Positions 29,981-41,001 of a stretch of DNA of 64,000 nt are shown piece by piece. Source of the DNA: an uncultured Actinomycetes bacterium (GTDB lineage: Bacteria; Actinomycetota; Thermoleophilia; RBG-16-64-13); NCBI GenBank assembly GCA_963747275.1, contig CAVVEI010000015.1:1604-65603 (forward strand), read 5' to 3'. The translations under genes were made by a program, and so were the position numbers. Every line of letters starts with the position of its first letter. Within the stretch, counting starts at the first letter, position 1. The notes under the pieces were generated by a model. It searched no databases. It worked only from the letters and a program-made list of their open reading frames with translations, and was not told where the DNA came from.

Positions 29981-30143
29981 GCGGCACCGGCAGTCCCGGC
30001 ATTTGCCTCAGATGCAGGTATCATATACGGGCCTCGCGGGCCGGGGCGGGTCGTAGGGCCCGGTCCGACCGCGTGGCATCAGTGGGGCCGTGGCCCCGGT
30101 TGTGACCGCGGACGACTCCGCTTCAAACAGGGATGGGTGATAG

Positions 30144-30920
30144 ATGAACATCGCAGTGTGCGTGAAGCAGGTGGTAGACACCGAGGCCGAGGTCAAGCTC
30201 GACCCGGCTTCTTGGCGCGTCGACCGCAGCGTGACGAGCGTCCTCAACCCGTACGACGAGTACGCGGTGGAGGAGGCGCTTCGCATCAAGGAAGCTCACG
30301 GCGGCGAAGTGACCGCAGTCTGCATGGGCCCCGAGACTGCCACCGATGCTGTCCGCAAGGCTCTGGCCATGGGCGCCGACAAGGCCGTGCTGGTGAGCGA
30401 CCCCGCTCTGGCCGGCTCCGACGTGCAGGGCACTGCTTACGCGCTCTCCGAGGCTCTCAAGACCCTGGGCGCCGACTTGGTGGTCTTCGGAGTGCGCTCC
30501 ACCGACGGCGAGACGGGCTGCGTACCGGCGGCCGTAGCCGAGCGCATGGGCCTGCCGCTGCTCAGCACTTTGGCCAAGGTGGAGGTAGACGGCTCCAAGG
30601 TCACAGTGAACCGCGAGACCGAGGCGGGCTATGTAAGGCTGGAGTGCCCGACCCCGGCAGTGATATCGGTTATCAAGGGCATCAACGAGCCGCGCTTTCC
30701 CTCTATGAAGGGCATCATGACCGCCAAGACAAAGCCGGTAGACACCAAGGACGCCGCCGCGCTGTCGCTTGACGCGGGCCAGATAGGCTCCGCCGGCGCC
30801 AAGACCAAGGTGCTCTCCGGCCGCGCTCCCGAACCGCGCAAGGCGGGGGAGAAGCTGGAGGATGACGGCGCTGGAGCCGCCAAGATCGCCGATTACCTCT
30901 CGAGCAACAAGCTCGTCTAA
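30144..30920 (+). CDS. etfB: Electron transfer flavoprotein, beta subunit
   Basis: MNIAVCVKQVVDTEA..LNPYDEYAVEEALRIKE.. is the canonical EtfB N-terminus. Intact. Confidence 0.9.
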   Translation: MNIAVCVKQVVDTEAEVKLDPASWRVDRSVTSVLNPYDEYAVEEALRIKEAHGGEVTAVCMGPETATDAVRKALAMGADKAVLVSDPALAGSDVQGTAYALSEALKTLGADLVVFGVRSTDGETGCVPAAVAERMGLPLLSTLAKVEVDGSKVTVNRETEAGYVRLECPTPAVISVIKGINEPRFPSMKGIMTAKTKPVDTKDAAALSLDAGQIGSAGAKTKVLSGRAPEPRKAGEKLEDDGAGAAKIADYLSSNKLV

Positions 30921-30938
30921 GTCAAGGAGACTAGAACA

Positions 30939-31922
30939 GTGAGTGACAAGAAAGGCATCCTTGTCGTAGCCGAACTGAAGGGTGACAAGCTCGCCAACGT
31001 GACCCTGGAGAGTCTCACCAAGGCCCGCGGATTGGCCGGTGCTGTGGGCGGTCCTGTGAGCGTGGTGATCGCGGCAGCCGACGCCAAGCCATATGTGGCC
31101 GAGGCCGGCAAGTACGGCGCCGAGCGTGTGTACGCGGCCGAGAGCCCCGAACTCGCCACCTTCCGCTCCGGCCCGTTCACCGACGCAGCCGTGGCGGCCG
31201 TCAAGGCCGCCGACCCGGCTGTGGTGCTCTGCTCGGGCTCGCCCGACGGGCGCGACGTGGCCGCCGCTTGCGCGGCCCGGCTGGGGGTGGGCGTTCTGGT
31301 GGATGTGACCGGCATCGAGGCGGCCGGGGGCAAGGTCACCGTGACGCACCCCTGCTTCGGCGGCAGCATCATAGTGGACAAAGAAGCGGCCACCAGCCCG
31401 GTGGTAGCTACCGTGCGGTCCAACGTGCTGGAGCGCAGCGAAGCTCCTTGCGACCCCGAGGTGGTGTCGTTGGCCGTGGACTTCACGCCTGCCGGACTGC
31501 TTGCCAAGATAGTGGACGTCGTCACCGAGAACGCCGGCACCCTGAGCCTCGAAGAGGCCACCATAGTCGTGGCCGGTGGCCGCGGCCTAGGCAGCGCCGA
31601 CAACTTGAAGCTCATCCAAGACCTGGCCGACGCGCTGGGTGCCGCGGTGGGCGCCAGCCGCGCCATCGTCGACGAGGGCTGGATACACCATCAGGCTCAG
31701 GTGGGGCAGACCGGCAAGACCGTCTCGCCACAACTCTACATAGCCTGCGGCATCTCCGGTTCGATCCAGCACCGCGCGGGCATGCAGAGCTCCAAGTGCA
31801 TCATCGCCATCAACCGCGACCCCGACGCGCCCATCTTCGACTTCGCCGACTACGGCATAGTGGGCGACCTCTGCACGGTGGTGCCGGCGCTGACCGAAGA
31901 GCTCAAGAAGCGCAAGGGTTAG
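30939..31922 (+). CDS. etfA: Electron transfer flavoprotein, alpha subunit
   Basis: ..[28 protein letters not shown]....[22 protein letters not shown] is the EtfA FAD-binding signature. Confidence 0.9.
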   Translation: MSDKKGILVVAELKGDKLANVTLESLTKARGLAGAVGGPVSVVIAAADAKPYVAEAGKYGAERVYAAESPELATFRSGPFTDAAVAAVKAADPAVVLCSGSPDGRDVAAACAARLGVGVLVDVTGIEAAGGKVTVTHPCFGGSIIVDKEAATSPVVATVRSNVLERSEAPCDPEVVSLAVDFTPAGLLAKIVDVVTENAGTLSLEEATIVVAGGRGLGSADNLKLIQDLADALGAAVGASRAIVDEGWIHHQAQVGQTGKTVSPQLYIACGISGSIQHRAGMQSSKCIIAINRDPDAPIFDFADYGIVGDLCTVVPALTEELKKRKG

Positions 31923-31931
31923 GGAGAGACT

Positions 31932-33617
31932 GTGGCCGATAGAGAAGTCATGGAGGTCGACGTCCTCTTCGTAGGGGGCGGCATAGCCTCGCTGAGCGGT
32001 GCGCTGCATCTGTCGAATCTGCTCGCCGAACACAAGAAGAGGGGCGAGGGCAAGAAGCTGGACGAGGTGTTCATAGTCGTCCTGGAAAAGGGTGCTTCTC
32101 CGGGTGCGCACGGCATCTCAGGCGCTGTGATGGCCCCCGGCCCGCTGAAAGAGCTGGTGCCCGACTTCGCGGAGAAGGGTGCGCCTCTGGAGGGGGAGGT
32201 CAAGAAAGAGTCGATCTACTTCTTGACCAAGACGGGCAAGGTCAAGATGCCCCTCACTCCGCCGCCGCTGGGCAACCACGGCAACTACGTGGTCTCTATG
32301 TCTAAGCTCAACCAGTGGCTGGCCGGGTTGGCAGAGAAGGCAGGCGTCAACATCTTCCCCGAGTTTGCCGGGACCGAGGTGCTGTACGAGGGCGACCGCG
32401 TCTTAGGCGTACGCACGGGCGACAAGGGTCTGGATGCTCAGGGCAACAAGAAGGGCAACTATGAGCCCGGCACCGACCTGCACGCCAAGGTGACCGTGCT
32501 GGGTGAAGGATCGCGGGGCAACCTGACCAAGGATGTGATCTCTCACTTCAAGCTGGATGCCGGCAAGAACCCGTCCGGCTACGAACTAGGCGTCAAGGAG
32601 GTCTGGCAGCTACCCGAGGCTCGACTGGCGCCGGGCGAAGTGGTGCACACCATGGGCTACCCGCTGGCGGCCGACGCCTTCGGCGGTGGCTTCTTGTACG
32701 GCATGAAGGGCGACCAGGTGGCGGTGGGGCACCTCACCAGCCTGGACTACGCCGACCCGTTCTTGGATCCACACCGCGAGTTTCAGAAGTTCAAGCTGCA
32801 CCCCCTGGTGAGTGGCATTCTTGAGGGGGGCAAGCTGGTGCAGTACGGCGCCAAGACCACCCCGGTTGGTGGCTACTACTCGGTGCCTGAGTTGAGTTTC
32901 CCTGGCGGCATGATAATCGGCGACTCTGCCAACCTGTTCAACGCCCAGAAGATCAAGGGTATCGACCTAGCCATGCGGTCCGGCATGTTGGCCGCTGAGG
33001 CCGCGTTCGCGGCGCTGTTGGACGACGAGGTCACCGACGCGCGGCTGGCCGGCTACGCGGCGGCCATGGCCGCGACCCCCGAGATGAAGGCCCTGCGCAA
33101 GGTGCGCAACTTCCATCAGGCGATGGCGCGGGGCCTGTGGCGCGGCCTGGCTACCGCCGGCGCGCAGTTCTTCTTGGGCGGCCGGGTGCTCACCGATCGT
33201 CTCTCCGCCGACCCCGACCACAGCCATCTGGATACCATCGCCCAGCGGTACGGCACGCCCACGGTCTCCGAAGAGACCAAGGGCGACCTCAAGTACGACG
33301 GCAAGCTGACCTTCGACAAAGAGACCGACGTCTATCACTCGGGCGCCACGCACGAGGAGGCGCAGCCCTGCCATCTCAAGGTGCTCGATCTGGAGACCTG
33401 CTACGGCCCCTGCGCCGAGTACTACGGCAGCCCCTGCGTACGTTTCTGCCCGGCGGGTGTCTATGAGATGCAGACCGACGCCACCGGCAAGAAGACGCTC
33501 AAGGTCAACTTCAGCAACTGCGTGCACTGCAAGACCTGCGACATCAAGGACCCGTTTGAGAACATCCAGTGGGTCCCGCCGGAAGGCGGGGGCGGTCCCA
33601 AGTACACCGTGATGTAG
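31932..33617 (+). CDS. Electron-transfer flavoprotein:quinone oxidoreductase (ETF-QO / FixCX-like fusion)
   Basis: N-terminal DVLFVGGGIASLSGA (FAD GxGxxG-type motif). C-terminal CPAGVYE..NCVHCKTCDIKDP (4Fe-4S motif). Ends ..GGGPKYT.M as in ETF-QO. Confidence 0.85.
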   Translation: MADREVMEVDVLFVGGGIASLSGALHLSNLLAEHKKRGEGKKLDEVFIVVLEKGASPGAHGISGAVMAPGPLKELVPDFAEKGAPLEGEVKKESIYFLTKTGKVKMPLTPPPLGNHGNYVVSMSKLNQWLAGLAEKAGVNIFPEFAGTEVLYEGDRVLGVRTGDKGLDAQGNKKGNYEPGTDLHAKVTVLGEGSRGNLTKDVISHFKLDAGKNPSGYELGVKEVWQLPEARLAPGEVVHTMGYPLAADAFGGGFLYGMKGDQVAVGHLTSLDYADPFLDPHREFQKFKLHPLVSGILEGGKLVQYGAKTTPVGGYYSVPELSFPGGMIIGDSANLFNAQKIKGIDLAMRSGMLAAEAAFAALLDDEVTDARLAGYAAAMAATPEMKALRKVRNFHQAMARGLWRGLATAGAQFFLGGRVLTDRLSADPDHSHLDTIAQRYGTPTVSEETKGDLKYDGKLTFDKETDVYHSGATHEEAQPCHLKVLDLETCYGPCAEYYGSPCVRFCPAGVYEMQTDATGKKTLKVNFSNCVHCKTCDIKDPFENIQWVPPEGGGGPKYTVM

Positions 33618-33660
33618 ACCCGCGGGCCGAGGGGGCCTGAGCACTGGGGGGAACGAAAAC

Positions 33661-33688
33661 GGCGCCGCCGGCTTTGGCCGGCGGCGCC
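33661..33688. terminator. Bidirectional GC hairpin between convergent ETF-QO and MFS genes
   Basis: ggcgccgccggc tttg gccggcggcgcc, a 12-bp perfect stem. Confidence 0.55.
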
Positions 33689-33714
33689 GCACGTTTCAGG
33701 TGGTCCTGAGTGGT

Positions 33715-35335
33715 CTAGTTATTGCGGGGGAAGGTGAAGTACGCCACTATGCCTGAGGCGATGATGATGCCTCCTGCTACCCACAGCGACCAGCTGACGC
33801 CGTTGCCCACGGCGTCGAACGCGGCCTGCGTGGCCTTCACTATGCCCTCGGCTATCTCACGTTGCGGCGCAGCCGGGTCGGGAAACAGCGCGTTGACCGT
33901 CTCCATGGTGGGGTTGTCTATCACCGGTTGATAGTCGCTCAAGTAGGGGGGTACCACGCCCGTGAGAACGCCATCGATGACGGTCTGCTGCTGGCCTTCT
34001 GGCCAACCGTACGACGCCAGACGGTCTGATAGGAACGTCAGCAGCCTGTTGTTGAAGAGCGAGCCCAGGACGGCCACCCCGAGCACGGTGCCCACCTCGC
34101 GGGTGGTGGTGGTGGCCGAGGCTGCCATGCCGGAGTGCTTGGAGGGAAGGGCTGAAAGAGCCACAGTGGTTATGGGCACCACCGCCACACCGAAGCCTAT
34201 GCCGGCCACCACGAGCGCGAGTACCAAGAAGGCGAAGTTGGGGTCTCTGCTGAGGGCGAACTCGGTGAAGAGCACGCCCAGACCGGCGGCCATGCAGCCC
34301 ATGGTGACCGGGGCCTGCGCGCCCTGTCCGGCTACCCACTTGCCGGCCAACGCAGACGACGATGATCATGACTGCGGCCATCGGCACGAAGAGCAGCGCC
34401 AGTCTGAGTGCCGAGTAGTTGGCCACTACCTGCAGGTAGATGGCAGTGAGGAAGAAGATCGAGAACACGCCGAAGTAGGTCGCAAAAGCCACGGTGAGCG
34501 AGCCTGAGAAGGGAGCTCGGCGGAAGTACTTCACCTCCAGCATGGGGGCATCGGCGCGGGACTCGTTGAGCACGAAGAGGACTAGCGCCACCACGCCCAG
34601 CGCCGAACAGCGTGAGCACCTTCCAGGAGGTGTAGCCCATGGTCTCGCCCAGGATGATGGCGAAGACCACCAGGCCGAGCGCCACGGGGCCAAGCACGTA
34701 GCCCACAAAGTCGGTCTTGCCGGTCTCGGGGTCGGAGCTCTCGGTTACGCAGCGGGATCGCGGCCGCCATCACGACCACACAAGCGGCCAGGTTGAACCA
34801 GAAGATCGCCGGCCAGCCGCCTATGCCCACCAGGATGCCACCGATGACCGGACCCATGGCCAACGCCAGACCGGCCATGGCCGCCCACCAACCCACGGCG
34901 CGGGCCAGAGACTTGCGGTCGGGATAGATCTGCCTGATGACCGAGAGCGTGCCCGGCTCGCAGGCAGCGGCGCCGACGCCCATGATGGCCGCGGGCGGCG
35001 ATGAGTTGCGGGATGCTCTGGGCCAGGGCGCCGAAGAGCGAGCCGGCGGCGAACACGGCGAGCCCGCCCAGCATGACCTTCTTGCGTCCCACTCGGTCGC
35101 CCAAGGTGCCGAAGGCCAGCATCAGGGCGGCGAACAGGAGGGCGTAGGCGTTGATGATCCACTGCAGGTCGGAGACCGAGGTCTGCAGGGTCTCCTGCAG
35201 GTTCACCGCCGCCACGCTCATGATGGTCGTGTCCAGGAAGGTGAGAAAGAGTATGGCGGTGATGGTGAACAGCACCAACCTTGCTCTTCGTTTGGACACG
35301 GGCGCCTCTTTGGACACTGCTACTTCTTCTGACAT
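33715..35335 (-). CDS. MFS transporter, DHA2 (EmrB/QacA, 14-TMS) type, multiply frameshifted
   Basis: Start ATG at 35335 with RBS ggagag. ..FLDTTIMSVAAVNL.., LGDRVGRKKVMLGG.. and collinear TM pieces lie in ORFs 34745..35614, 34582..34983, 34332..34706, 33857..34708 and 33715..34350. Confidence 0.7.
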
Positions 35336-35513
35336 GTCACCTCTCCGGTAATAGGACGATAAATTGTGGATGATTGGAGGATGAATCCGAACCACGATAT
35401 CAGCCTTCGGTCGAGCTGCGCAATGTAAGCGGGGTCGGCCGGGACGTCGTGATGTTCCCCGGCGCCGAGTGAAGGGTATGATTGCTGTGATTGTTCCCCG
35501 CGAGGAGGTTGGC

Positions 35514-36359
35514 ATGCGTTGGCAGGGTAGGAGACAGAGCAGCAACGTCGAAGACCGACGCGGCATGAGCGCCGGCCCAGTGGCGATAGGTGGGGGCACG
35601 GTGGGCGTGATCATCGCTCTCGTCGTCCTGCTGGTGAGGTTCCTTGGTGATGGGGGTGCCGGCAGCGCCGGAGTTCAAGACACAAGCTTCGCTGGCGGCA
35701 CGGGGACGCTCGACGGCCAGAGCGACTTCGTAAGCGTCGTGCTGGCCGACACCGAGGACTACTGGACCGAAGCAGTTCAAGTCCGTGGGCAAGACCTACA
35801 GTGCGCCCAAGCTGATCCTCTTCAGCGGCATGGTGCAGACCGGCCTCGGGTACGGCCACTTCGGCCACAGGGCCGTTCTACTCGCCGGCCGATCAGATGA
35901 TCTACATCGACCTGAGCTTCTACCGCGAACTGCAGGACACTTATGGCGCGGGCGGCGACGCCGCCCAGGCCTACGTCATCGCTCACGAAGTCGGGCACTG
36001 CCGTGCAGGATCAACTGGGCCTGCTCGACCGGGTGGCGGCTCAGGAGCGGACGGCGAGCAGCGAGCTCAAGAGCCAACTCTCGGTGCGTACCGAGCTGCA
36101 GGCCGACTTCTACGCCGGGTTGGTGGCCCGCTATCAAGGCGACAACAAGTGGCTGGAGCCCGGAGACGTCGAGGAGGCTCTGAACGCCGCCAACGCCATC
36201 GGCGACGACCGGCTGCAGCAGCAGGCGCAGGGCTACGTGGTGCCCGACTCGTTCACGCACGGCACCTCGGCGCAGCGCGTGCGCTGGTTCAGGCTGGGCT
36301 ACGAGACCGGCGACTTCGCCAGCGGAGACACCTTCTCTATCCCGTACGACGAACTGTAG
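35514..36359 (+). CDS. YpfJ-like putative neutral zinc metallopeptidase, frameshifted
   Basis: [17 protein letters not shown].. N-terminus with RBS gaggagg. HExxH is present as VIAHEVGH. The C-terminal ..[11 protein letters not shown]. lies in ORF 35943..36359. Confidence 0.75.
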
Positions 36360-36402
36360 GGCGGCTCGCCGAGCGCCACGGCCTCGTGCTGCGCGGCCTC
36401 GC

Positions 36403-37153
36403 CTAGGCGGTCACTATGGGCGAGGGCGAGTCCTGGAACGGGTGCGTGCGCACCACCAGCGAGAACAGGTAGGGGTAGTCGGTCTTGAGGTGCTGCACGT
36501 AGAGGACCCACTCAGCCAGGAGCGCGTTGAACGCGCGGCGGACGTCGACCTCCAGGTGAGCCTCGTCGGCCGGGGTCAGCTCGGTGAGCGTCGTCCTCGC
36601 CTCTAGCTCCTCCTCCAGGTGGTGCACGGCCCACAAGAGGTCGGTGAAGCGCTCGTGCTCCATGAGGTTGGGGTTCTCCAGCAGGCGCAGTACGAACTGC
36701 CGCTGGTCGACCAGATGCGTCTCGCAGGGCCGCCCGGTCTATCTGGTCCAGGTCGACCTTGCAGTCGAGGCCGCGTGCGAAGCGCGAGAGCCGTGGCGAA
36801 GTCGTCGCTCTTCCAGGAGGCCTTGAGGTGGAGTTGCTCGCGTATCTCGGGGGCCGTCTGCATGGTGGGCAGCAGCTCGGCCAGCAGCGGCGTGCCCAAC
36901 TCGCTGAAGAAGATGCCCACCACCATGTTCAGCTTGTGCACCAGCGACCCGCTTCTCGCGTAGCGAGATGAGCCGCTCGATGAAGCAGGCCCACTATCAG
37001 CACCGTGAGCGGCAAAAAGGCAAGGTCTTGAAAGAGGTAGAAGAAGGTGTCGCTGGTCTTTCGGAAGAGGCTATCTGGACGGCGTAGATGACCACCGACG
37101 CGGCCAGGAGGGCCACGGCCAGCGCCCACAGCCAGCGACGGTCCTTGCTCTTC
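36403..37153 (-). CDS. Hypothetical membrane-anchored protein, frameshifted
   Basis: N-terminal [24 protein letters not shown] (TM) at 37153. Collinear pieces are in ORFs 36929..37129, 36603..36941 and 36403..36663. No family recognised. Confidence 0.35.
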
Positions 37154-37315
37154 ATCGGGCGATCAGCGCCGGTACCTTGGCGCAGCGCAGCACTCGTTCG
37201 GCGGTAGAACCCGGGAGTATCCTGCAGAAGCCCGTCTCGTCCATCACACTCCTCTCGTCCCACCTGACGCAAGCTTGGTCACCGGGGCAATATAGCAGCA
37301 AGGTATACTTCCCTC

Positions 37316-37747
37316 ATGGAACAAAGCCCTAACACGAGCGACACCGGCGGGGCGTCCGCGGGCGCGGCTGAGCCGTACGGCACTGCAGCCATCACGCAGA
37401 ACCAGCTGGAGCGGTGGCCCAACCCGGAACCCGGCCGACCCTATCTGGTCTCCATGGACATGCCCGAGTTCACCTGTGTCTGTCCGCGCTCGGGCTTTCC
37501 TGACTTCGCTCTCATCAAGGTCCGCTATCAGCCCCGCGACTGGATAGTGGAGCTGAAGTCGCTCAAGCTCTACATCAACGGCTTTCGCGACCGCGCCATC
37601 TCGCACGAGGCGGCCGCCAACCAGATCTTGGACGACCTGGTGGCTCTGCTGCAACCTCGCTGGATGCGGGTGACCGCCGACTTCAACGTGCGGGGCAACA
37701 TCAAGACCGTGGTCCGCGCCGAGCACGGCACGCGGGAGAGGGCGTGA
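37316..37747 (+). CDS. queF: NADPH-dependent 7-cyano-7-deazaguanine (preQ0) reductase
   Basis: ..MPEFTCVCPRSGFPDFA.I.V.Y.P....VELKSLKLY...FR....SHE.. are unimodular QueF motifs, including the catalytic Cys and QueF motif. Confidence 0.9.
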   Translation: MEQSPNTSDTGGASAGAAEPYGTAAITQNQLERWPNPEPGRPYLVSMDMPEFTCVCPRSGFPDFALIKVRYQPRDWIVELKSLKLYINGFRDRAISHEAAANQILDDLVALLQPRWMRVTADFNVRGNIKTVVRAEHGTRERA

Positions 37748-38542
37748 ACGGTCGGCGCGCCTGCGCGCGAGGCCGCGGCCGGCGGCCCGGGCCGGCCGGC
37801 GCCGCAGGCGCACTGCCTGCTCCTGAGCGGGGGTCTCGACTCGGCCACCTTGGCGGCTTGGATGCAGCACCATCATCCCGGGTGAGCCGGTGATGGCCTA
37901 CACCTTTCTCTACGGACAGAAGCACGCGGTGGAGCTGGAGGCCGCGCAGGCCGTGGCCGGGTTCTACGGTCTGGAGCACCACGTCAGGGAGCTCGAGCCC
38001 ATCCCGGCTCGGCGCTCACCGACGAGCGGCACCCCGCTGCCGGTGGGGCGCGACCTGGCCGGCGCTGGCCGGTGTCGCTCCCTCCTACGTGCCGGCGCGC
38101 AATCTGATGTTCTTGGCGCAGGTGGCCACCGTGCAGGATGCTGTCGGCCCGGCCACCATCTGGCTGGGAGTGCATCACGACGACTACACCGGCTATCCGG
38201 ACTGCCGGCCGGAGTTCGTGCAGGCCGCCGACGAGGCGGTGCGGCTGGGCACCCAGTACGAGCTGCGGGTGCAGGGCCCCGTTCGTGCACCTCTCCAAGG
38301 CCGACATAGTCCGCTGGGGCCTGGAGCACGGCGTGCCCTACGAGCTGACCCACTCCTGCTACCAGGGCCGCCGGCCCGCCTGCGGCGTGTGTGACACCTG
38401 CCAGGCCCGGCTGGCCGCCTTCGCGGCGGCCGGAGCCGCCGACCCCCTGGCCTACGAAGCGACCCGGCGTCCGCCGCCGCCGCCGCGGGCGCGGGGCAAG
38501 GAGCGGCGCGCTCATGAAGACCACCATCACCGTCTCGCATGA
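37744..38542 (+). CDS. queC: 7-cyano-7-deazaguanine synthase, multiply frameshifted
   Basis: LLLSGGLDSATLAAW (PP-loop SGGxDS), ..YVPARNLMFL.., and ..THSCY.G....CG.CD.C..R (zinc Cys cluster) are spread over three frames. GTG 37744 overlaps the queF stop. The 3' end is uncertain. Confidence 0.8.
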
Positions 38543-38868
38543 CCTTCGCGGCCGCCCACCAGCTGCCCGACCACGAGGGCAAGTGCGCCCGCCTGCACGG
38601 CCACACCTACGGCCTGGAGGTCACGGTGGAGGGCACTCCGCAGGAGTCGGGCCCGGCGGCGGGCATGGTCATGGACTTCGCCGAACTGCGCGAGCGGGTG
38701 GGCCGGCTGATCGTCGACCGCCTGGACCACCAGCTGCTCAACGAGCTCTTCGACCAGGTGCCCACCACCGAGGCGGTGGCCGCTTGGGCGTTCGAGCGGC
38801 TGCGGGAGGACGGACTGCCGGTGGTGCGGGTGCGGCTGGCCGAGGGGCCCAACTCTACGTCGAGGTGA
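38514..38868 (+). CDS. queD: 6-carboxy-5,6,7,8-tetrahydropterin synthase
   Basis: ..TFAAAHQLPDHEGKCARLHGHTY.LEV.V.G has the QueD His and Cys motifs. MKTTITVSH (ATG 38514) joins it if the base at about 38541 is removed. The uninterrupted listed ORF is 38539..38868. Confidence 0.85.
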
Positions 38869-38901
38869 CCGCGTAGCGTCACGGCGGCCTAGGGGGGGCT
38901 C

Positions 38902-39603
38902 GTGACACTGCGCGTGCTCGAGATCTTCGACTCCTTCCAGGGCGAGGGCTACTGGACCGGTACGCCCATGACCTTCGTGCGCCTGGCCGGCTGCAACGCG
39001 CCGGAGCTGGGCCTGGCCTGCGTCGAGTGGTGCGACACCCCCGGCAGCTGGCGCCGGGAGGACGGGACGGACCTGGAGGTCAGCGAGGTCATCCTGCAGG
39101 TGCGGCTGCCGCGAGTGTGCCTCACCGGCGGCGAGCCCCTGCTGCAGAAGGAGGGGGTGGCGCGGCTGGCGGCCGAGGCTCGGGGTCTGGGCATGAAGGT
39201 GCACCTCGAGACCAACGGCACCATCGCTCCGCCGGCGCCCGGGCCCTGGGCGCCGGACGGACGGGCCTTCGACTGGGCCACGGTGAGCCCCAAACCGCCC
39301 GACTACGAGGTCGTCCCGCGGTTGGGCAGGCCTGGTGGACGAACTCAAGCTCATCGTCGACGACCACCTCACGGCGGGCACGGCGGAGCGCGTGGCCGCG
39401 GCTCATCCTGAGGCCGTGGTCTGCGTGCAGCCGCTGTGGGGCGAGGCCGCCGACGGGCGGCATGCGCGGGCCGCCCCGTCGGCCCGGGGCACTGGTCTAC
39501 CGAAGCAGCCATGACGATGGTCATGGACCATCCGGAGTGGCGGTTATCCCTGCAAATGCACAAGTTCTTGGGCATCAAGGTGACCGTCCGGCGATGCGTG
39601 TAG
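38902..39603 (+). CDS. queE: 7-carboxy-7-deazaguanine synthase (radical SAM), two compensating frameshifts
   Basis: EIFDSFQGEGYWTG.PMTFVRLAGCN.., ..CLTGGEPLLQ.., ..LETNGT.. and terminal ..RLSLQMHKFLGIK. Start and end are both in frame 1, with a middle part in another frame. Confidence 0.8.
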
Positions 39604-39652
39604 AATGGGGCAGGTTCGACCTGTTCACCTGGCCACCAGTGAGGAGGCAGAC

Positions 39653-40972
39653 ATGGCGACTCCAGGACAAGACGAGACCGAAGGCCGGCGACCGGCGAGG
39701 CGGCAAGCAGCTGGTAGACGGCCTGGACGCGCACGATGGAGAGGATGCGCAAGAGACCCGCTGCGCGCTCTCGCTGATCGCGCGTGCTGATCGTGTGGTG
39801 GGGCGTCTGCCTGCTGCTCTACGCGGATCGAGCAAGATCAGACACTCGGCGCAGAAGGGCTGGGCCATCTTCGCGTGGGGAGCCGGGGCAGTCGCCCTCG
39901 TCGAGACGCTGCTGAGGTTGATCGTGCCGCGCTGGCGCGAGCCGGTGATGTACTCGTTCGTGTGGGGGGTGGTGGCATCGCGGTCGGCTTCAGCCTCTGG
40001 TACGACAGCTGGGACACCCTCGGGCCCATAGGCATCATCGGCCTGGGGCTGCTCTTGGTGGCCACGGTGGCTATGTGGCAGAGGAAGGGTCTGAGCAGGG
40101 CGCTGGAGGAGCGGGTCAACGAAGGTGCGCGAGGCCCCGCTGCGCTTCGTCTCCGTCGCTGTGCTGGTCGTCTGGTTCGGCGTCAGTCTGCTGCTGAACG
40201 CCCTGGGTACCGTCGCCGGCCGGGTGTCACCCGCGGTAGGTGGACGATATCTCGGCGACCCAGATAGGCTGGGCCATCTTCGCCCTGGGCGGCGCGGCGA
40301 TCTTCTTCTTGGAGACCTTGGTAAGGCTCATCGTGCCGCGTTGGCGGCAGCCGGTGGTCTACTCGTTCCTTTGGGGGTTGGTGTGGCTGGCGGTGGGTCT
40401 CAGCCTCTACTTCAACAACTGGAAGGCTTTGGCTCCCATCGTGTTCATCGGCCTTGGGTGCTGGCTCTTATCGGGCTGCTACTGCCGAAGCCGGTCGAAG
40501 TGACAAGGAGGAGGATGATGACGAACCGGAGACGCAGGGCCCTGACAGCGGCGTTCCGCCGCGTTACGAGAAGCAGGAGAAGGGCCAGGAGAAGCAGGAC
40601 GAGAAGGGCCGGGGTCCGGACGAGAAGTACGAGAAGAACCCCGTGGGCTTCTTGATGTTCGCCGTCGTCTGCTCTTCTGGGTGGGCGTCTTCTTCTTGCT
40701 CAGAAACAGACACGTCATTCGCCGAGACCGACAGGGGCTTGGGCGTCCTGGTGTGGGGAGCGGCGGCCATCGTTCTTTGTGGAGATGGTCATCAGGCTGC
40801 TGGTGCCGCGCTTCCGGCACGCCCATCAGCCGGCACCTTCGTCTGGGTGGCCATCTGGGCGGGAGTGGGCGTCGGGCTGTGGACCGGTGGCGACTGGGAG
40901 ATAGTCGGCCCCATCGTGCTCATCGCCATCGCGCTGGCGCTGGTAGTGGGGCGGCTGCTGCCGCGACGGTAG
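39653..40972 (+). CDS. Hypothetical polytopic membrane protein with three tandem repeat units and Lys/Glu-rich linkers, multiply frameshifted
   Basis: RBS gaggagg precedes ATG 39653. The unit GWAIFAWGAGAVALVETLLRLIVPRWREPVMYSFVWG.. recurs as GWAIFALGGAAIFFLETLVRLIVPRWRQPVVYSFLWG.. and ..VLVWGAAAIVL.VEMVIRLLVPRFRH....FVWVAIWAG... One linker reads PRYEKQEKGQEKQDEKGRGPDEKYEKNP. Confidence 0.45.
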
Positions 40973-41001
40973 GGCGCTGAACCGCCTGCCTGCGAGTGGG
41001 C

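Noticed and set aside
37154-37315. Expected preQ1 riboswitch upstream of queF.
   Set aside because: I could not fold a preQ1-I-type 5-bp hairpin with a C-containing loop and an A-rich tail pairing to the RBS, nor a preQ1-II-like element. Left as absent pending a covariance-model scan.
37316-39603. Could the que genes belong to a 7-deazaguanine DNA-modification (Dpd-like) defence island?
   Set aside because: queF (the preQ0 to preQ1 step) is present, and no tgt/dpdA-like transglycosylase, helicase or nuclease genes are adjacent. The simplest reading is tRNA queuosine precursor synthesis.
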